Source of the DNA: Promethearchaeota archaeon | GTDB lineage: Archaea > Asgardarchaeota > Thorarchaeia > Thorarchaeales > Thorarchaeaceae | DNA: 41,370 nucleotides | Direction: 5' to 3' | Assembly: GCA_014728035.1 (NCBI GenBank) | Contig: WJMJ01000016.1 | Coordinates: forward strand, 1-41,370 | Shown here: one piece after another, positions 36,804 to 41,370 of the stretch | Numbering within the stretch: position 1 is the first letter of the stretch | How the letters are laid out: each line of letters opens with the position of its first letter | Notes under the pieces: generated by a model | What the model saw: the letters and a program-made list of their open reading frames with translations, nothing else | Told to the model about the DNA's origin: nothing | The model's database searches: none | Position numbers and translations under genes: made by a program

Positions 36804-38435
36804 GTGCCAGGAACCAAATTTGTAATTCCCAAACCAGAAAACGAACCCATATTGGAATATCTCCCAGGTAGCCCAGAAAGAAAGGAATTGAAAGATAAGA
36901 TTGATGAGATGAAAGCTAGAAAGATAGACATTCCTCTGATTATTGGTGGTAAGGAAGTAAGAACCGGAAATACGAGAGAGTCAAGGGTTCCTCATGATCA
37001 CAGACATATTCTTGCTGAATATCATATGGCAGGTGAAAATGAGGCACTAGAAGCGATAGATGCTGCTCTAGAAGCAAGGAAAACATGGAGCAGAAAACCA
37101 TGGTTTGATCGAGCGGCTGTATTTCTTAAAGCAGCTGAACTTCTATCGGGTCCGTGGCGCTCGACATTGAACGCAGCTTCAATGCTTGATATGAGCAAGA
37201 ATGCCTATCAGGCAGAGATTGATGCCGCTGATGAACTGATTGATTTTCTACGATTCAACGCATACTATATGCAAGAAATCTACAGAATGCAGGTGAATTC
37301 GGCAAAGGGTGAATGGGATCGTATTGAATACCGACCTCTAGAAGGATTTGTATTTGCAATAACGCCATTCAACTTTGTATCAATAATGGGAAACCTACCA
37401 TCAGCCCCAGCAATGATGGGGAATGTTGTGGTCTGGAAACCAGCATCCTCTGCAGTATACTCTGCATATTATGTGATGAAACTCTTTGTGGAGGCAGGTC
37501 TACCATCAGGAGTGATAAACTTCATACCGGGCCCAGGAAGCAAAGTTGGAAATCCAGTAGTTAATCATCCAGCATTAGCAGGCATTCATTTCACGGGAAG
37601 TACAGAAACGTTCAGAACTCTTTGGAAACAAGTAGGAGACAGAATTGAACATTACAAAACCTATCCAAGATTGGTTGGAGAAACTGGAGGGAAAGATTTC
37701 ATCTTCGCACATAGAACTGCAGATGTGCCTTCATTAGCAACAGCGTTAATCAGAGGTGCATTCGAATATCAAGGACAAAAATGTTCAGCGGCGTCAAGAA
37801 GTTATATTCCGAAATCCATCTGGTCAGTAACGAAAGATAAGCTCCTTGGTGACCTAAAAGAAGTGAAGATGGGAAACGTTGAGGACTTCCAGACACTAGT
37901 AAATGCAGTGATTGATGAATCAGCTTTTGATAGGATTGTGTCCTACATCAAGTTTGCAAAAGATTCACCAGACATGGAGATTATCGCAGGAGGGAATTAT
38001 GATTCCACACAAGGGTATTTCATAGAACCTACAATAGTAGTATCGAAAAAACCAAAATCAAAACTCATGGTAGAAGAAATATTTGGGCCTCTACTAACAA
38101 TCTATGTTTATGATGATGATAGATACGAGGAAACCTTGAAGATATGTGACGAAACCTCACCCTATGGGCTGACTGGCGCTATTTTTGCAGAAGACAGAGA
38201 TGCAATCATTTTAGCATCAGAGATACTTGTAAATGCAGCAGGAAACTTCTATATCAACGATAAACCAACAGGTGCGGTTGTAGGAAGGCAACCATTTGGT
38301 GGTGCTAGAGCATCTGGGACAAATGATAAGGCTGGAAGCAGATTAAATCTTATGAGATGGATATCACCTAGGTCTATCAAAGAAAACTTCGTACCTCCAA
38401 TGCATTTCTCCTACAAATATATGAAGGAGTCTTAG
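36804..38435 (+). CDS. pruA: L-glutamate gamma-semialdehyde (P5C) dehydrogenase
   Basis: NEP start, AEIDAA.ELIDFLRFN, PFNF, FTGS, GETGGKDF, AFEYQGQKCSAASR (catalytic Cys), EEIFGP and INDKPTGAVV..QPFGG. Confidence 0.95.
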   Translation: MPGTKFVIPKPENEPILEYLPGSPERKELKDKIDEMKARKIDIPLIIGGKEVRTGNTRESRVPHDHRHILAEYHMAGENEALEAIDAALEARKTWSRKPWFDRAAVFLKAAELLSGPWRSTLNAASMLDMSKNAYQAEIDAADELIDFLRFNAYYMQEIYRMQVNSAKGEWDRIEYRPLEGFVFAITPFNFVSIMGNLPSAPAMMGNVVVWKPASSAVYSAYYVMKLFVEAGLPSGVINFIPGPGSKVGNPVVNHPALAGIHFTGSTETFRTLWKQVGDRIEHYKTYPRLVGETGGKDFIFAHRTADVPSLATALIRGAFEYQGQKCSAASRSYIPKSIWSVTKDKLLGDLKEVKMGNVEDFQTLVNAVIDESAFDRIVSYIKFAKDSPDMEIIAGGNYDSTQGYFIEPTIVVSKKPKSKLMVEEIFGPLLTIYVYDDDRYEETLKICDETSPYGLTGAIFAEDRDAIILASEILVNAAGNFYINDKPTGAVVGRQPFGGARASGTNDKAGSRLNLMRWISPRSIKENFVPPMHFSYKYMKES

Positions 38436-39334
38436 TCAAAAACTCGTTCAGGATATTTGGAGTCATGCCATTTCCAAAGCTCGATGAAACATTTCGTAGT
38501 CTTTGGGGCTCGTTTCATACCCAAAGTGAATGATAGATGATCTGGGGCAACATATGCCTTATCTTCAATACGATCCAGCTCATCGAGACCTTCAAAGACA
38601 GTAGGAGAAAAATCTCTAGCGACAATTACAGCTTTTGATGGGAAGTAAGGAAATACGCCATCCATATCTTCCTTTTCACGTCGCCACACTCCATAATTCT
38701 TCAACGAAACGAGAAACTTCATCACTTCACCACGACCTGCAGTCCCATCGATTGCCTTAATGAATATGATTTCCTCACTGAATACTTGCAAGTGTTTCTG
38801 GATAAGCCTATCACGGAGACTGCCTTTCTTAGATTTGTCACCATAATCAACCAAGATATCTATTATCGCATACTCTCCACTACGTGTCTTCAGTCTTGGC
38901 CGAATAGATACATCTCCACCGATTTCCTTCTTGGCAAAATTAGCTACACGAAAAATGAACGGAACTTGATTTTCCTTTAGAATATCAGATAGTATATTCT
39001 CAAAGGAAGCATAGATGTCCACATTGCCGCCATCAAAGACATCGTATGTTTCTTCAAATTTTTCACCGATATTATATGCAAGAGAATAGATTTTTTCAAA
39101 ATCAGAGTCAACGGGAGCAATAATAGCTGTGACAGTTTTCTCACGAGCAGCTAGAAATACTGTTTTTTCATCTGTTACAAAAGATGAGAGTCCTCCTAAT
39201 GCCATTTCTCTAGAAAATTTCTGGATAGCAGAAACAAAACCACTGAACAGGGAAGGTTCAATCTCCTCGTTCATTTTAGAGTATAGAGGAATACCCGACT
39301 CTTCGCCAAATATAACAATGCCTTCTATCTTCAA
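38432..39334 (-). CDS. Longin-like domain fused to an Mrr/PD-(D/E)xK-like domain, paralog 2
   Basis: N-terminal IVIF...SGIPLYS...LFSGFVSAIQKFSREM...IGEKFEETY. C-terminal LKTRSG...IDIL...IFIK...GEVMKF...KAVIVARDFS. Its stop overlaps the convergent pruA stop. Confidence 0.7.
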   Translation of the reverse strand: MKIEGIVIFGEESGIPLYSKMNEEIEPSLFSGFVSAIQKFSREMALGGLSSFVTDEKTVFLAAREKTVTAIIAPVDSDFEKIYSLAYNIGEKFEETYDVFDGGNVDIYASFENILSDILKENQVPFIFRVANFAKKEIGGDVSIRPRLKTRSGEYAIIDILVDYGDKSKKGSLRDRLIQKHLQVFSEEIIFIKAIDGTAGRGEVMKFLVSLKNYGVWRREKEDMDGVFPYFPSKAVIVARDFSPTVFEGLDELDRIEDKAYVAPDHLSFTLGMKRAPKTTKCFIELWKWHDSKYPERVFD

Positions 39335-39408
39335 TTCTCAAATCATCCTTTGTGATGGGCTTGGTTGTATCTATATTATCTTTGCCTGAGAGTATTGCCA
39401 GAGAGAAC

Positions 39409-40329
39409 TTATGTGACATCCACGTAGTTTTCCTTTGGCTTGACCATTTGGGGGTTTCCACCATTCTTCCACTCCCAAAGTTCTATTCCACAACGAATAT
39501 CACGAGAGAGATTCTTGAATCGGCCAAAAAGCCTTGATCCATCAATATACAGTTGTCCATCTTCCTCTGGAAGTCGAGTTAGGTATTTTTCAACTGTTGA
39601 AGAAAATTCTCTAGCAATAATGACAGCACGTTGAGGGAAGTAGGGTATGAATTCTGCTTTACCTCTTCGTATGATTTTAGCTCCATAGGTATGAATTGAA
39701 TCAATGAATTCCATAACATCACCACGAGTAGCAACACCATCAATAGCTTTGACAAATGTGAAGCTTTCAGATAGAGCTAGCTCATGCATCAATTTGTCAT
39801 CATCATCGTCTCGACGGATAGGAGTGGTAGAAATCATGTCAATCACGCCTTCTTCCCCGTTTCGTTTCATAAGTCGGGGTTTGATAGAAATCTCTCCGCC
39901 ATACTGGTCATGGACAAAAACAGAAACCTTGCTAAGAAATGGATACTTCATTCTTCTGAGGGTCTCGTCTACGAAGCCACGAAATCCTTCAAATGACAAA
40001 GGTTGAGGACGTTCTGGAATCTCGTAAGTTTCTTCAAATTTTTTAGTTAAAACTGCAGCTAGTTCGTCAGTTTCTCTAAATTCACGTGTTTTCGGAACTA
40101 TCAATGCGGTGATAATCCGTCCTTTTTTCGACAAAAAGATGAGGTTTTCCTCAGTAGCAAAAGAGGTGAGCCCACCCATCTGAAATTCGGATGAGAAATG
40201 ATCCACAGCACTAATGAAGCTACTAAACATAGAAGGATCAATTCCCTCCTTTAACTTGGAAAACATAGGAATTCCCGATTTTGCGTCGAATATTATTACT
40301 CCTTCGATGTCCATATTGGTCCCATCCAA
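39409..40329 (-). CDS. Longin-like domain fused to an Mrr/PD-(D/E)xK-like domain, paralog 1
   Basis: Full-length similarity to 38432-39334 (SGIPMFSK, GGLTSF, FVKAIDG.A.RGDVMEF, PYFP.RAVIIAREFS, IELWEW). The start could be 40314. Confidence 0.7.
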   Translation of the reverse strand: MDGTNMDIEGVIIFDAKSGIPMFSKLKEGIDPSMFSSFISAVDHFSSEFQMGGLTSFATEENLIFLSKKGRIITALIVPKTREFRETDELAAVLTKKFEETYEIPERPQPLSFEGFRGFVDETLRRMKYPFLSKVSVFVHDQYGGEISIKPRLMKRNGEEGVIDMISTTPIRRDDDDDKLMHELALSESFTFVKAIDGVATRGDVMEFIDSIHTYGAKIIRRGKAEFIPYFPQRAVIIAREFSSTVEKYLTRLPEEDGQLYIDGSRLFGRFKNLSRDIRCGIELWEWKNGGNPQMVKPKENYVDVT

Positions 40330-40525
40330 TACTCTATAACATGATATATGATAAACTAATATCGTTATCTATCACATTTATTCTACTTAATTTGTTTTTA
40401 TTCTTTCGACATATGAGCTTAATATAGCTCACAGGACTGCTCGCATCACAGTGAGTAATGCAATACTAGTATATATCACCTTGTTTTTTTGGATAATTAT
40501 GAAAACATCTTATGAGGAGTAGTAA

Positions 40526-41370
40526 ATGAGCAATGACATCCACACCTCAGACTTCCTTGTAATAGGAACAGGTCTCTCTGGATTGCTTTTTGCCATTAAA
40601 GCAGCCGAACATGGTAGTGTTACAGTACTCACAAAACGAGAGATTATGGAAACTGCAACAAGTATGGCTCAAGGAGGGATAGCAGCGGTCATCACAGACG
40701 AGGACTGTTTTGATAAACATATCGAGGATACAATACGTGTTGGAGATGGTCTCTGTCATAGAGATGTTGTAGAAGAGTTCGTTAAAGCTGGACCAAAAAT
40801 TATCCGAGAACTTGTCGATATGGGAGTTGATTTCTGCAAGGAGGAAAATGGAGAAGACTACGAATTAGGCCTTGAGGGTGGTCATTGCGAGAGAAGGGTA
40901 CTTCACGTTAAAGATCATACTGGACTTGATATCCAGAAAGCGGTCGTTGAAACGGCAAAAAATACGGAAAACATCACAATTTTCGAACATCACATGGCAG
41001 TAAATCTTATCGCTCATCAGGGAAGAGTTAGAGGAGCCTATGTACTTGATGTTGAATCTAGAGAAGTAAAACGATTTGCTGCAAGAGCAACAATTCTAGC
41101 AACAGGAGGAGCTGGAAAAGTGTTCTTGTACACAAGTAATCCGGAACATGCAACTGGAGACGGTATAGCTATGGCATACCGTGTTGGAGCTACCATAACC
41201 AATATGGAATTTTGTCAGTTTCATCCTACCCTACTATATCACCATAAGATACGTTCTTTTCTCATTTCGGAAGCTCTTAGAGGAGAGGGAGCCGTTCTGT
41301 TAGGGCCTGACGGAAAACGGTTCATGGATAAATACCATAAAGATGCGGAATTGGCACCAAGAGACGTTGT
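40526..41370 (+). CDS. nadB: L-aspartate oxidase, 3'-truncated by the window edge (absent from the ORF track)
   Basis: ATG 40526 behind GAGGAG. Reads MSNDIHTSDFLVIGTGLSGL...AQGGIAAV...LEGGH..RR..H..D.TG...LATGGAG...ATGDG...QFHPT...LISEALRGEG...AELAPRDV. Confidence 0.93.
   Translation, partial: MSNDIHTSDFLVIGTGLSGLLFAIKAAEHGSVTVLTKREIMETATSMAQGGIAAVITDEDCFDKHIEDTIRVGDGLCHRDVVEEFVKAGPKIIRELVDMGVDFCKEENGEDYELGLEGGHCERRVLHVKDHTGLDIQKAVVETAKNTENITIFEHHMAVNLIAHQGRVRGAYVLDVESREVKRFAARATILATGGAGKVFLYTSNPEHATGDGIAMAYRVGATITNMEFCQFHPTLLYHHKIRSFLISEALRGEGAVLLGPDGKRFMDKYHKDAELAPRDV

Noticed and set aside
38432-40329. Active type IV restriction system
   Set aside because: The (E/Q)xK motif is replaced by FxK in both copies, and no methylase or defence context is present.
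40415-40430. GAGCT-N6-AGCTC as a NAD-regulon operator upstream of nadB
   Set aside because: Only 5-bp arms, expected by chance, with no cognate regulator visible.
40547-40759. Minus-strand 70-aa ORF
   Set aside because: Lies antisense within the clearly supported nadB coding frame.

Overview
Gene-dense archaeal-type window (about 40% GC, GGAGG/GGTGA Shine-Dalgarno motifs, several TTG/GTG starts). Longin-like proteins and a TPR-zinc-ribbon protein suggest an Asgard archaeon, possibly Thorarchaeia (inference). From left to right it contains: the end of an ImmA/IrrE-like gene with a nonsense-interrupted DUF4411 PIN gene; a CorA-like 2-TM protein, a class I glutamine amidotransferase, a GT-C glycosyltransferase and membrane proteins; a five-gene operon of two paralogous membrane proteins, a wHTH regulator and two paralogous DUF4097/toast-rack proteins, with a candidate operator; a giant GNAT protein, a TPR protein and a stand-alone GHKL ATPase followed by a repeat-bearing spacer; a 15-kb minus-strand operon; a six-hairpin glycosidase-like gene, EamA, TPR-Zn ribbon and pruA; two tandem longin/Mrr-like fusion paralogs; and partial nadB. 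The strongest candidate for an undescribed system is the 15-kb operon (17666-32639). It encodes an ABC-2 permease, an ABC ATPase with a tandem TrmB-sugar-binding-like N-terminus, a membrane-anchored subtilase-GIFT protein with site-1-protease/OST48-like architecture, a second ABC ATPase, and a 2233-aa FG-GAP propeller + ~65 TSP3-repeat single-pass surface protein. No rRNA, tRNA, CRISPR array or transposase was recognised. All domain calls are by-eye motif recognition and need HMM or structure confirmation.
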